A stretch of 64,000 nt of DNA from Terriglobia bacterium (GCA_963761385.1 CAVXGY010000001.1:25813-89812); one strand, 5' to 3'; counted from the first letter of the stretch, positions 48,066 through 58,900 are shown. The notes: generated from the letters alone by a model not told the origin. A program made the numbers and translations.

Positions 48066-48413
48066 ATGTCTAATAAAGAAAAAGAATCGATCCAGCTGCT
48101 GCAGGGGACTCTTGATCTCATCGTTTTGCGCACACTCGTGACGATGGGCCCACAACACGCTTATCAAATTGCCACGCGTCTCCAGCAGATCTCCGATCGG
48201 CTGCTCAACCTCAACCAGGGCACTCTCTATCCAGCATTGGTGCGGCTGGAGCAGTACGGGTGGATTAAGGGGACCTGGGGAAGGACCGAGAGCAACCGGG
48301 AAGCCAGATTCTACGAAATCACCAGGGCGGGACGAAAAGCCTTAGGGGAGGAGACACAGACGTGGAGAAGAATGTCGGCTCTGGTGGAACGGCTCTTGCT
48401 TGAGGAGTCTTAG
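48066..48413 (+). CDS. PadR-family transcriptional regulator
   Basis: LQGTLDLIVLRTLVTMGPQHAYQIA...GTLYPALVRLEQYGWIKG...REARFYEITRAGRKAL. Confidence 0.95.
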   Translation: MSNKEKESIQLLQGTLDLIVLRTLVTMGPQHAYQIATRLQQISDRLLNLNQGTLYPALVRLEQYGWIKGTWGRTESNREARFYEITRAGRKALGEETQTWRRMSALVERLLLEES

Positions 48414-48415
48414 CC

Positions 48416-51133
48416 ATGAAGCACCTGAGACGCATCTTTCTGAGGTTTTATCTGCTTTTCGCCAACTCTAAAGTGGAAGCGGAACTGGCAAGAGAAATTG
48501 GCGCGCACCTGGCGTTGCTGGAAGACGAATATGTGCGCCAGGGAATGACACCCGAAGAGGCACGACGGGCCGCCAGACTCGCCTACGGAGGTGTGGAGCA
48601 GGCGAAGCAACGTCATCGCGATGAGCGAACCTTTCAAGGGCTGAGCCAGATTCCGCAGGACATTCGATATACCTTCCGTCAACTGCGCAAGTCTCCCGGA
48701 TTTACCGTGACGGCCGTCCTGATGCTCGCGCTGGGCATCGGGGCGACGACGGCGATTTTTTCCATCGTCGAGGGAGTACTGCTGCGTCCGCTGCCATTCC
48801 CCGATCCGGATCGTCTGGTCACCCTGGGAGATGTGATGGAAGGCTCGCACTGTGTGTCCTGCGCTCATTCCAGCGTAACCGCTCCCGACATCCGCAATTA
48901 CATGCGCGACACGCAGAGCTTCAGCCACCTGGGCGGCTATCGCGGAAGACTGTTTGAACTGTCCGGCCCCGGCAATCCGGCGGCAGTAAATGGGACGCGG
49001 ATGAGCGGCGAGGTCTTTGCCGCGCTGGGAGTACAGCCGCTTCTGGGGCGAACGTTCACGCAACAGGAAGATGAAGAAGGCCAGCAGCTGGCGGTGCTGA
49101 GCTATGACATGTGGCGGAGCCGCTTCCACGGCGATGCGAAGGTGCTGGGGGGCAAGATCCTTCTCTATCGCAAGCCCTACACCGTGATCGGCGTGATGCC
49201 GCGCGATTTCGAGTTTCCGCTCAACTCTGGGCATGTGAACCAGAGCGAGTTTTGGCTTCCGCTCAGCCTCCAGCCAAAGGAATTTACGGCGGGCAGTGTG
49301 GCGTCGTGGAATGCTCACATGGTGGGGCGCTTAAAGCCCGGCATTACTGCCGAGCAGGCGCAGAGCGATACGGAGCGAGTGGCGCAGGATACGATGCGCG
49401 ACTATCCGGCCTACATGCGCAGTCTTCGTATTCACGCGGTGGTGACGCCGCTGCATGAAGATACGGTGCGGCAGGCGCGGCCCCTGCTGCGCACTCTGCT
49501 CTTGGCCGTGATTGTTGTTCTGCTGATCGCCTGCGCGAACCTGGCCGGAGTTTTGCTGGTGCGCGCCATCCGCAGACGAAGAGAGATCGCGGTGCGCCTC
49601 GCCCTGGGCGCTCGCGCGGCCACGTTGCTCCGGCAGGCCATCCTGGAAAGCACGGTCTTGAGCGTCGCCGGCGGCGTGATAGGGCTTGCATTGGCGGCTG
49701 TCGCTTTGCGGGTGGGCGTAAGCCTGCTACCGCAGACGCTGCCTCGCATCAATGAGATTGGCCTGGACTGGCCGGTCATGCTCTTCGCGCTGGGACTGGC
49801 GCTGCTGACCGGCTTTCTCTGTGGATTGGCTCCCGCATTTGCCGCAATCAGGACGAGCGTTAATGAGTCGCTTAAAGAAGGCGGACGCACCGGCACCCTG
49901 GGCAGCGGCCATGCCAGGCTGCGCTCGGCGCTGGTGGTGGCGGAGATTGCCGTGGCGCTGACCCTGCTTACCGCCTCCGGCCTGTTGCTGCGCAGCTTCG
50001 AAAATATGCGCAATGTGGAATTAGGGTTCCGCCCTGACAATACACTGGCTGCGCTCTACGTTCTGCCGCAGCAGCGGTATGGAACGCAATTCGCGATCGA
50101 TGAATTCACGAGAATTCTGCTGAACGACGTGGGGCATCTGCCTGGCGTAGATGCTGTCGGCATCACTTCGTTTTTGCCTGCGGCCGGCAACAATTGGGGC
50201 ATCGCTTTCACCATCGAGGGCTATGTTTCCCCCAAGGGGGCGGGATTGAATATGGCGTCGATGTCGCTGGTCGAGAGCGACCCCTTCGAAGCGCTGGGCA
50301 TTCGTATTCTCCGCGGGCGCGTCTTTACCGAATCGGATAACGCCGGCTCACAGTTGGTGGCTATCGTGAATCGCAGGATGGCCGAGCAGTACTGGCCAGG
50401 CCAGGACCCGATCGGCAAGCGGCTGCGCCGGGGCATGCCGGAGACCTCCACGCCGTGGATGACGGTGGTGGGCGAGGTCGATGATGTCAAGCTGGGGTCG
50501 CGCGATGCGGAGACGATGGCACAGGTATACCAGCCGGTAACACAGACGGTCGCCAGTGAAAGCGTTTTGGCCTCTGTCGGCGAACTGAGCGGCGCCGACG
50601 GCTGGATCGTTCTGCACAGCCGTATGGATCCGGAGCAGATGGAAGACACGCTTCGCGCAACCGTGCGGCAGATCGACCCGCAGTTGCCGCTCTACCAGCT
50701 GCAGACGATGGAGCACGCCATCTCGAAGAGCGAGGCGCCGCGTCGTTTCAATACCGTGCTGATTTCCTCATTTGCCATCGCTGCTGTGCTGCTGAGTGTT
50801 CTCGGGATCTATGCGGTGATTGCGTTCTCCGTGGCATTGCGCGAGCAGGAAATGGCGGTGCGCATGGCGCTTGGCTTCCCGCGCTCCGGAGTGATCGTGC
50901 TCATTCTGAGTTCCGGCGCGAAACTTGCGGGTATTGGCTGTGGCCTCGGTTTGCTTGGCGCCCTGGCTGCGTCCCGTTTGCTGCGTTCCTTTTTGTTTGA
51001 AGTTAGCCCGTTCGACCCGGGGGTGCTTGCACTTTCTGCCATCGCAATGCTGCTGCTGGCGTTGGCAGCTTCTGCACTACCGGCCAGACGCGCATCGAGT
51101 ACGGATCCCATGCTGGCTTTGAGAGGCGAATAG
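48416..51133 (+). CDS. duplicated FtsX/MacB-type ABC permease without adjacent ATPase (ADOP-type)
   Basis: 905 aa. The N-terminus is DIRYTFRQLRKSPGFTVTAVLMLALGIGATTAIFS. It has two MacB-like periplasmic + 4-TM FtsX modules and starts 3 nt after the PadR stop. Confidence 0.9.
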   Translation: MKHLRRIFLRFYLLFANSKVEAELAREIGAHLALLEDEYVRQGMTPEEARRAARLAYGGVEQAKQRHRDERTFQGLSQIPQDIRYTFRQLRKSPGFTVTAVLMLALGIGATTAIFSIVEGVLLRPLPFPDPDRLVTLGDVMEGSHCVSCAHSSVTAPDIRNYMRDTQSFSHLGGYRGRLFELSGPGNPAAVNGTRMSGEVFAALGVQPLLGRTFTQQEDEEGQQLAVLSYDMWRSRFHGDAKVLGGKILLYRKPYTVIGVMPRDFEFPLNSGHVNQSEFWLPLSLQPKEFTAGSVASWNAHMVGRLKPGITAEQAQSDTERVAQDTMRDYPAYMRSLRIHAVVTPLHEDTVRQARPLLRTLLLAVIVVLLIACANLAGVLLVRAIRRRREIAVRLALGARAATLLRQAILESTVLSVAGGVIGLALAAVALRVGVSLLPQTLPRINEIGLDWPVMLFALGLALLTGFLCGLAPAFAAIRTSVNESLKEGGRTGTLGSGHARLRSALVVAEIAVALTLLTASGLLLRSFENMRNVELGFRPDNTLAALYVLPQQRYGTQFAIDEFTRILLNDVGHLPGVDAVGITSFLPAAGNNWGIAFTIEGYVSPKGAGLNMASMSLVESDPFEALGIRILRGRVFTESDNAGSQLVAIVNRRMAEQYWPGQDPIGKRLRRGMPETSTPWMTVVGEVDDVKLGSRDAETMAQVYQPVTQTVASESVLASVGELSGADGWIVLHSRMDPEQMEDTLRATVRQIDPQLPLYQLQTMEHAISKSEAPRRFNTVLISSFAIAAVLLSVLGIYAVIAFSVALREQEMAVRMALGFPRSGVIVLILSSGAKLAGIGCGLGLLGALAASRLLRSFLFEVSPFDPGVLALSAIAMLLLALAASALPARRASSTDPMLALRGE

Positions 51134-51384
51134 GAAGACCCCGAGTGGATTCTAAGAGAACCGATTCTGATTGCCGGTGCCGAGTCACGCTAATGCTTTG
51201 TCGGACGCGCGCCAGCGGGAAAGAGTGTGGAGAACGACTGTTGGTGCGCGCGTTCGATAAAGTACTAGCGTCATAGGCCAGGCGGACGACAGCGGCCTAT
51301 CCGATAAAGTCCTTCCGAAAATGCTCAAGACATATTGCAGTCCCATAGAAATCCTGATATATATGGGTATCCAATAGGAGCTGC

Positions 51385-51726
51385 ATGGCAGACAAAACTG
51401 AAGTCTGGCTGGGCACGCTGTCATTGATGGTCCTAAGAACACTGGCGACAATGGGGCCGCAGCATGGGTACGGCCTTGCGAGGCGCATCGAGCAGATCAG
51501 CGGCGATCTGCTGTCCCTCAATTACGGCACGCTGTATCCCGCGTTACTCAAACTTGAACAGGAAGGAGCCATCACTTCCGAATGGGGTGTTTCCGATAAT
51601 AATCGCAAGGCCAGGTTCTATCGCCTGACCAGAACCGGGCGCCGGCAACTCGAACGTCAAACGCACGACTGGCAACAGGCGACTGCGATCGTGGCCCGCT
51701 TCTTATCGCCTTCCGAGGAGGGCTAA
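51385..51726 (+). CDS. PadR-family transcriptional regulator
   Basis: LGTLSLMVLRTLATMGPQHGYGLA...GTLYPALLKLEQEGAITS...RKARFYRLTRTGRRQL. Confidence 0.95.
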   Translation: MADKTEVWLGTLSLMVLRTLATMGPQHGYGLARRIEQISGDLLSLNYGTLYPALLKLEQEGAITSEWGVSDNNRKARFYRLTRTGRRQLERQTHDWQQATAIVARFLSPSEEG

Positions 51727-54383
51727 TGCTGAAGCTCCGGAGATTATGGATGCGATTGCAAGCCACAATAGGCTCAGGCCATTGCGACCGGGATTTTGGC
51801 GATGAGCTAGAGAGCATTCTCCAGATGCATGTTGACGATAATTTGCGTGCCGGTATGACGCCCGAGGAAGCGCGTCGGCAGGCTCTCATCACTTTGGGCG
51901 GTGTGGAGCAGGTCCGCCAGACTGTGCGCGACCGGAGAGGATTGCCATGGCTGGAGGTATTAGGACGTGATCTGAGATATGCGGCGCGTACCTTGTTTCG
52001 CACGCCGGGATTCACTGTAGTGGCAATGCTGGTAATGGCAATCGGCATTGGCGCGAGCGTTTCTTTGTTCACCGTCATCAACTCCGTTCTGTTGCGTCCA
52101 TTGCCGTTTCCGCAGTCGGATCGTCTTGTAGCAATCTACAGTCAGGATGGTGTCTGGTCCCACAACACGGTGGCTCCGGGCGATTTCTACGATTGGCAGA
52201 ATGCCTCGCACGGTTTTGAGCAGATGGCTATCTGGCGCTGGACAGGATTCAACATGTCCGCCACTGATGGCGAACTTCCCGAGTTCCTCAACGCCGGCAC
52301 CTGTTCGTGGAATTTGTTCTCCACTCTCGGAATCAGTCCAGTGCTGGGACGTTCCTTCACGCCGGCTGACGACAATCCTGGCGCCGCGCGCACCGCGATT
52401 CTCTCCTGGGCTTTATTTGAGCGCCGCTTCAACCACAATCCTGCGGTCCTGGGAAATACCGTTCGACTCAATGGTCAGCTATACACCGTCGTTGGTGTCC
52501 TTCCAGGCTGGTTTCAATATCCGAACCCGAAAATTCAGTTGTGGGTACCCTGGCAAATTGAAATACCTCGTGAGATCCAGTGGAGCCACTACGATCACAT
52601 CGGCTACGTTGTGGGACGTCTTAAGCCGGACATCCAGTCAACGGTTGCCATTCAGGAGCTCAGCGCTGCCCAGCATCAGATCTACCTTCGGCTCAACGGC
52701 ACCGGACCCGTTAAGCAGGGTGCCAATGCAACACGACTTCTGGAGGACCTGGTCGGAGAAGTGAAGACGCCTTTGTATGTGCTGCTATCCGCCGTTGTCT
52801 GCCTCCTCTTCATCGCTTCTCTCAATCTCTCTAACCTGCTCGTCGCGCGGTCGGCAGCTCGGCGGAGAGAAATGGCGATCCGCACCGCCCTCGGAAGCAG
52901 CCGCCTTTGCCTGGTTCGGCAACAACTCACCGAAAGCCTGCTGATTTGCCTGGGGGGAGGAATTGTCGGCCTATTACTCGCAAATGCGGGAACTCGCTGG
53001 CTGACGACCCATTGGGACGGGCTGCCGCGCGCACATAGCGTTCACCAGGACAGCATGGCCGTTGCATTTGCACTTGGGATCACCGCGACGGCGGGAGTTC
53101 TGGCCGGCCTGCTGCCTGCCATCTCTGCGAGCGGCAGTAATGTTCTCTCGGCTCTGCAGGAAAACTCGCGAGGAATTGGCGGAAGCGCATCTCGCACGTC
53201 AATGCGCAAAGCATTGTTAACCGGCGAGATTGCCCTGACGGTTGTCCTGCTGGTTGCTGCGGGTTTGCTCTTCAGAAGTTTTCTCCGCCTTCGAGCTGTC
53301 GACCTGGGCTGCACAACAAAGAACGTGCTGACCATGAACTATTTCCTTCGCGGGGACAAATACTCAAAACCCGAACAGATCGTAAACTTTGACACAGAAT
53401 TACTGGAAAAGGTACGTCATATTCCAGGCGTGAAGGCGGCCGGACTCACGAACGTTGTGCCAGGCGATGGCTACTATGGCGATCACGAATTCTGGGTTCC
53501 CGAGCATCCGCCACAGCCGCTTGGAGAACATCACTTCGCCGCATACCGCACCGCCGATCCCGACTATTTCTCAACCCTTCAAATTCCCCTGGTCCGAGGG
53601 CGCTTCTTTTCTGAGAATGAGCGACTGGAGCACGACAAATACGCGATCGTGAACCAGGAATTCGTTCGGCAATTTTTTCCTGCCGAGGATCCCGTTGGAA
53701 AGCATCTGCGTGTGGCCTGGCGGACTCCGCAGGGAGAGAACTACGAGATCATCGGAGTGGTTGGTGACACGAGCTATCAAATCGACCGCTCCGCCCGCCC
53801 TATGATGTGGTTTCCGATCCTGGCAGGTATTCCCGGCAATTCCGGTGATTCCGTATTGGTTGTGCGCTCTGCAAAAGATGTAATGCCACTCGCAATTCCG
53901 ATCCAGAACGTGATTGCCTCTCTGGATCCCGACCTTCCGGTCAAGAACATACTGACGATGGAGCAAATTGTAGGTGAGTCCACCGCAAATTCCAGTTTCA
54001 CTGCAACGTTGGTATTAAGTTTCGCGGGATTGTCTCTACTGCTGGCAGCAGTAGGGCTCTATGGTGTGCTGTCGTATCTAGTTACCCAGCGAACGCAAGA
54101 GATCGGCATTCGCATGGCGCTCGGCGCAGAGCGAGAGCGTGTGCTACGCCTGATGCTCCTGGACGGACTGCGGCCGGCGCTGGTCGGTCTTGCCTTGGGA
54201 ATGGCCGCTAGCATTGCCGTCACACGACTGATTCGTTCTGTACTTTACGGAACAAGTCCGCTCGATGCGACCGTGTTCTTCCTGGTCATTGTGACCTTGC
54301 TGCTGTCTTCCATTGCGGCATGCCTTGTCCCCGCTTGGCGCGCAGCGCGAATCGAGCCGATGAAGGCGCTGCGGTCAGAGTAA
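51726..54383 (+). CDS. duplicated FtsX/MacB-type ABC permease without adjacent ATPase (ADOP-type)
   Basis: 885 aa with DLRYAARTLFRTPGFTVVAMLVMAIGIGASVSLF. Its start overlaps the PadR stop (TAATG). Confidence 0.9.
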   Translation: MLKLRRLWMRLQATIGSGHCDRDFGDELESILQMHVDDNLRAGMTPEEARRQALITLGGVEQVRQTVRDRRGLPWLEVLGRDLRYAARTLFRTPGFTVVAMLVMAIGIGASVSLFTVINSVLLRPLPFPQSDRLVAIYSQDGVWSHNTVAPGDFYDWQNASHGFEQMAIWRWTGFNMSATDGELPEFLNAGTCSWNLFSTLGISPVLGRSFTPADDNPGAARTAILSWALFERRFNHNPAVLGNTVRLNGQLYTVVGVLPGWFQYPNPKIQLWVPWQIEIPREIQWSHYDHIGYVVGRLKPDIQSTVAIQELSAAQHQIYLRLNGTGPVKQGANATRLLEDLVGEVKTPLYVLLSAVVCLLFIASLNLSNLLVARSAARRREMAIRTALGSSRLCLVRQQLTESLLICLGGGIVGLLLANAGTRWLTTHWDGLPRAHSVHQDSMAVAFALGITATAGVLAGLLPAISASGSNVLSALQENSRGIGGSASRTSMRKALLTGEIALTVVLLVAAGLLFRSFLRLRAVDLGCTTKNVLTMNYFLRGDKYSKPEQIVNFDTELLEKVRHIPGVKAAGLTNVVPGDGYYGDHEFWVPEHPPQPLGEHHFAAYRTADPDYFSTLQIPLVRGRFFSENERLEHDKYAIVNQEFVRQFFPAEDPVGKHLRVAWRTPQGENYEIIGVVGDTSYQIDRSARPMMWFPILAGIPGNSGDSVLVVRSAKDVMPLAIPIQNVIASLDPDLPVKNILTMEQIVGESTANSSFTATLVLSFAGLSLLLAAVGLYGVLSYLVTQRTQEIGIRMALGAERERVLRLMLLDGLRPALVGLALGMAASIAVTRLIRSVLYGTSPLDATVFFLVIVTLLLSSIAACLVPAWRAARIEPMKALRSE

Positions 54384-54453
54384 GGCGGATGAAAGGGATG
54401 CAGAAAATCAAAATTATGGCAACCTTGTGGAGCCTGGGAGGCAAGTATTTGCC

Positions 54454-55164
54454 ATGAAGTTTCTCCTCGCAGCCATTTCAGTGCTGTCATACCTCGCGAT
54501 AGGTGCTCCAGGTCAAATGCCTGGCCCCGGAGCTGCGGTCAGGACTACGACCATCCCGCTGGACAAACCGGATGAACAGCAGCCTCGCAATGTGAAAACA
54601 GAATGGGTAACGTACAAAGGACGAAAAGCGCTGCGCGTGATTGACGCCGCGCCGCCTGATGTCGCCGACGGGATTCAACTTGTCATCTTAAATAAGACTG
54701 AATTTCGGGACGGCACGATTGAAATCGAGTTGACGGGTGAACCCAGCCCGACGGCAAAGAGCACGGCACCGCGGGGATTCGTCGGTGTGGCCTTCCGCGT
54801 CAATCTTGATGCCGCCAGGGACGCTGCAAAGTACGAGTGCTTCTACCTGCGTCCGACGAATGGGCGCGCCGACGACCAGGTGCGACGCAACCATTCGACC
54901 CAATACATTTCTTACCCGGACTTCCCCTGGTTTCGATTACGCAAGGAGTTCCCGGAGAAATACGAGAGCTATGCAGACGTCGTCCCCGGAGAATGGACCA
55001 GGCTGAAGATCGAAGTGCATGGTGACAAGGCGCGCTTGTACGTGCAGGGCTCGCCGCAACCGGCCCTGGTCGTCAACGACCTCAAACAGACGCAAGGCAG
55101 GATTGCCTTATGGGTTGGAACTGAAACGATCGCGCACTTCGCCAATCTACGCGTATCACACTGA
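54454..55164 (+). CDS. secreted hypothetical protein (jelly-roll/LamG-like is a guess)
   Basis: The ORF track gives 54427..55164. The internal ATG gives MKFLLAAISVLSYLAIGAPGQ. It is beta-rich and ends GRIALWVGTETIAHFANLRVSH. Confidence 0.6.
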   Translation: MKFLLAAISVLSYLAIGAPGQMPGPGAAVRTTTIPLDKPDEQQPRNVKTEWVTYKGRKALRVIDAAPPDVADGIQLVILNKTEFRDGTIEIELTGEPSPTAKSTAPRGFVGVAFRVNLDAARDAAKYECFYLRPTNGRADDQVRRNHSTQYISYPDFPWFRLRKEFPEKYESYADVVPGEWTRLKIEVHGDKARLYVQGSPQPALVVNDLKQTQGRIALWVGTETIAHFANLRVSH

Positions 55165-55241
55165 TTTCGAGAATCAGACCGTAGTTGGTGTAATCTTGAC
55201 GGAATTCATGTAACTATCTTCAAATCATAGGATCAGGTGAC

Positions 55242-55708
55242 ATGAAACACAATCGGCTGGCCCTCATATTGGTTTTCGCGACGGTCCTGTGCTCGGGCGT
55301 CCATGTGAAAGCTCAAGATCAGATTATTCAACCTGACGAAGAGAAGTCTGTCCAAGTTGTCCTCGCCCGCTTCTATGACGGGTGGAACGCCCACGATGCT
55401 GACAAGATGGTGTCCGCGTACGCAGAAGATATTGACCACATCAACGTCTTCGGCGAGTGGCACAAGGGTCGCGACACTTTGCGCCAGGAACTGGCGCGCC
55501 TCCATGCCGTGCCCTCCGTGACAGCAAGAAGACCTACACCATCGAGAAAATCCGATTTCTGAGGCCGGATATTGCAGTCGTTCAGGTTTCGGCGCAAGGA
55601 ACCGGGGGACCCAACCTTGGAACCTATGTCATGGAAAAACAGAATGAAGGATGGGTGGCGGTAAGCTTCACGAATGTCGTGCCGCACGACCCACCGTGGA
55701 AGAAGTAA
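55242..55708 (+). pseudogene. SgcJ/EcaC (SnoaL-like) family protein split by a frame change near 55510
   Basis: ORF 55242..55562 reads ...[54 protein letters not shown] 55457..55708 continues in another frame with [25 protein letters not shown]...[10 protein letters not shown]. Confidence 0.7.
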
Positions 55709-55973
55709 GCAGCACTGAACAATCGTCCGACACGATTCCCAGCCGAGCAGAGAGTGTGTTGATAAGCGCCAAGACCATGTCAGCACGAACAGCAACAGCA
55801 TGCCGAGTCTCCGCTTAGCCGCCTCGTTTTTATTCTTTGTTTCTTTTAGATATGATTGAGACTCTCGATAATGGGCTTGCTGCCGCCGATGCGATCCTTC
55901 ACGGCTCGAAGCAACCACAAAACAAATAGCTGCCTTGGATGCCGCTTCCGGCGCGGGGTTGCCAGCGATTGAG

Positions 55974-56201
55974 TCAGGCCGCAAATTTCCTCGGCACCGG
56001 TTTGCTCTGATCTTCGGCAGTTCCCGAAAAGCCATGTCTGCGTCTGGCTCTGTGAGTGAACATGATCCCGAGCGCCATCCCCATAGCCGCTCCGGTACAT
56101 AAACCAAGAATGGTAACGCTGGTGATGGAGGCGCTGCTTCCAGCCAACAAGAAGCCGGAAACAGACATACACAAGGTCCAGAGAGTTATGCGAATACTCA
56201 T
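55974..56201 (-). CDS. small two-TM membrane protein (hypothetical)
   Basis: ATG preceded by TTAGGAG-N7. TM segments are ITLWTLCMSVSGFLLAGSSASI and ILGLCTGAAMGMALGIMF, followed by a basic tail. Confidence 0.4.
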   Translation of the reverse strand: MSIRITLWTLCMSVSGFLLAGSSASITSVTILGLCTGAAMGMALGIMFTHRARRRHGFSGTAEDQSKPVPRKFAA

Positions 56202-57067
56202 GGTGTACTCCTAATGGCAGCGCGCTGCCCTTATCGCCATTGAATGCAGGTGTACAGCACCGGAGGGTAACCTTTCAATCGGGTAAAAGTCCTATTACTG
56301 GGCCAGAAAAGCGTTTTGACATTCGCCGCTGCAGCGTTGAGGTTGGGACGAGAACATTAATGTGCAGACGCATGCGACGCCGAAGCGACGCTAACCAGTT
56401 CGCCTATCAGGAGGCAAACAGAGGCTGCGCGTGACACTGGCATCCGACGTTTTAGTGAAGTAACCTCAACGCTCCGTCCCGTAGTGCGGGGATGAAAACC
56501 GGCCTTGTAAAAAAAGTGGTCGTTTCTGACCAGACACGGACAGGACGCACGCGTAACTTTTGGAATTGCATGTACAGGCTGGACAGGTGGCCGCGAACCT
56601 GCGGCCTCTTTCTTGCTGACCGAAGACACTCCAGAGGTTGTTTATGTTGAAACTGTCCCTCGACGAAAATTGTCGCACCTCTCGGGCAGTCGGAAGCGCG
56701 GCATTGAATACTGGGCTTTATCAACACGCTGCGTGTGGCAGGACCGAGATTTTAAACATCGGGAGCATCCTCAAAGCTTGCACGAATCGCAGTTGTCCCA
56801 ACAAAGGTGCTAACTGGACCTGCATAAGAAAGCCGCTTAAGCACGCACGGACCCCCGTCAAATTGGAGAGCTGAAACGGGGCAGTCTCCCTTTCCCACTC
56901 TCCTGAGTACAGTTTCCAGCAACAATCGTTCCCCTGTTAGCGCAAAGTTTTGCAACCTCTCCAGAGCCTCCACGAGATCGAAACTGTAAAAGAGGAAGTA
57001 ACCCCCGCGCCATTTGGCATCCAAGCTGCACCGCTAACAGTGCTTCGAGGCGGCAGCCAGCTCATCA

Positions 57068-58159
57068 ATGTCGGAATCTCCTACGTCTTCATCCCGTATC
57101 CCCTCCCTCGACGGTATTCGTGCTTTGGCCATAACATTGGTTTGCGTCGGTCACTTTGCTTACAACGCCGGTTTCAGGTGGTGGACGGACCTCTACGCCC
57201 ACTACGGGGTGCGTATTTTTCTAGTCCTTTCGGGCTTTCTGATCACAACCTTACTCAAACGTGAGCAAGAGGACACGGGCACGATCAATCTAAAACGGTT
57301 TTTCATCCGGCGTGCCTATCGCATCCTTCCGGCTGCGTATGCTTACATGATTCTGGTTTCAATCGTCTTTGGCGATTCATTCACATCCAGGGATCTGGTT
57401 GTTACATTCACGTATCTATCCTCATACTTCCATCTGCCCTGGCTTTTGAGCCATCTGTGGTCCCTTTCGGTCGAGGAACAGTTTTATTTGCTCTGGCCAG
57501 CCGCGATGGCGCTTGGCATCATGCTTGCCCGCCGGTTCGCTTTCGGCGCGATCGTTTTCGCACCAGTATTTCAATTTGCAATGGCTAAGATCGGCCTGGC
57601 CCTGGTGGCGTTTTATTGTTTCCCATCGGTCGCAGATTCACTTGCCGCAGGATGCCTTCTTGCCATCTATCAGACCAAACTCGAGAAGTATCGCTCATTC
57701 TTTGCCTGGCGCGGGTTTCCGTTGATTTGGGCGCTAACATTGTCCTTTCCCTTTCTGCTGCATTACCGCTATCTCTTGAGGTTTTGGCCATTACCCCAAC
57801 TGCTTCAGGTTTCTGCGCAGACACTTTTTTCTGCAGGTGTTGTTCTTTGCATCCAGAATGCAATCGTTGCCCGTCACCGGATTCTGAATATGCCGCTTGT
57901 AGTATGGCTCGGGACCATAAGCTACAGTCTCTATCTCTGGCAAATGCCGTTCGCCAACCCCGCAGCGCCATCCTGGTTCACAGCTTTTCCTCAAAATCTC
58001 GTACTTGCTTTGCTGGCGGCTGTCGTTTCGTTTTATGCAATCGAGCAGCCTGCCTTAAAACTGCGCGGACGTCGTGCCGCTCCCATCCCAATAAAACGAC
58101 CACAAGTCTCAGTTCCCTTTGCCAATGCGTGGGCGGTTCGTGCGAAAGACGTCGTCTGA
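57068..58159 (+). CDS. acyltransferase family 3 (OafA/YrhL-like) membrane protein
   Basis: IPSLDGIRALAITLVCVGH and GVRIFLVLSGFLITTLL. About 10 TM segments, 363 aa. Confidence 0.9.
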   Translation: MSESPTSSSRIPSLDGIRALAITLVCVGHFAYNAGFRWWTDLYAHYGVRIFLVLSGFLITTLLKREQEDTGTINLKRFFIRRAYRILPAAYAYMILVSIVFGDSFTSRDLVVTFTYLSSYFHLPWLLSHLWSLSVEEQFYLLWPAAMALGIMLARRFAFGAIVFAPVFQFAMAKIGLALVAFYCFPSVADSLAAGCLLAIYQTKLEKYRSFFAWRGFPLIWALTLSFPFLLHYRYLLRFWPLPQLLQVSAQTLFSAGVVLCIQNAIVARHRILNMPLVVWLGTISYSLYLWQMPFANPAAPSWFTAFPQNLVLALLAAVVSFYAIEQPALKLRGRRAAPIPIKRPQVSVPFANAWAVRAKDVV

Positions 58160-58531
58160 CAGACTGACTCATACCATTGCGCCCAGACGGATCGCGCTTT
58201 TTGCGCGACCGGTGCAGCATCCTCGGGCAGGCCAGGAGTCAGGTGTTTCCATCAGGATCGGTGAAGATTTCCCGACCCCCGGGATGGATGGGGCGTGGCG
58301 GTTCCTCAGGGGGAGGGCCACGCTCTCCTCCCCTTTTCTTTTCTTCTGCAGCCTGACTCGATCATTCTCGCGATAGTGCAGGCGGGCTGGTGAATCTCCT
58401 GAGGGCCGCGGGCGTGCCAGGCCCACGTCACGACTCTTGCGGGAGCGATGCGCATCTTCCAGAGTCAGCAGTGTGCGCTCCATGGAAAGTTCGCACCTGG
58501 ACAGGATCCGGCAAATTGCCGCGCCAGTTGA

Positions 58532-58900
58532 TTAAGCAGCTATCGCATAGTAGTAGTAGCTGTCGGCGCGACCCAACAAACGAATCATTTCGTGGAGCGT
58601 AGGGATATCGAACTTTGCGAGCGGACTGACCAGCTGCAGCCTTTCACGCACAGATTGGGATGGGTTGAACAGCTTTAATCGGATGTTGTGAGCGCACGCC
58701 CATCGCTGGAGGAATACAAGCACCCCGAGACCGCCTCCCTCTAAGGCACGCACTTCCGAAAGCTCAATCACAACAGTGTGCGCATCGCGTTGTGACATCA
58801 CAACGTCGCGTAATTTGATAGCCGATTCGCCCCGCACAATTTTCCCTTCGCATTCAATGATGGCGACATCGCCAATGGTTTCGACATTTAGCTTCAACAT
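58532..58900 (-). CDS. STAS-domain protein (anti-sigma-factor-antagonist-like)
   Basis: The ORF track gives 58532..59008. ATG 58900 is preceded by GGAGAAACC. Sequence: MLKLNVETIGDVAIIECEGKIVRGESAIKLRDVV....VVIELSEVRALEGGGLGVLV. Confidence 0.8.
   Translation of the reverse strand: MLKLNVETIGDVAIIECEGKIVRGESAIKLRDVVMSQRDAHTVVIELSEVRALEGGGLGVLVFLQRWACAHNIRLKLFNPSQSVRERLQLVSPLAKFDIPTLHEMIRLLGRADSYYYYAIAA

Noticed and set aside
56357-57024. Short overlapping minus-strand ORFs. One reads CPRGATIFVEGQ, like the start of a Crp/Fnr cNMP-binding domain. This could be a decayed regulator.
   Set aside because: I could not reconstruct a continuous cNMP-binding or HTH domain in any combination of frames. 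The similarity rests on one short motif.
58169-58483. 104-aa minus-strand ORF between the acyltransferase and STAS genes.
   Set aside because: It is a low-complexity Arg/Ser/Pro-rich translation that overlaps the acyltransferase 3' end and has no motif.
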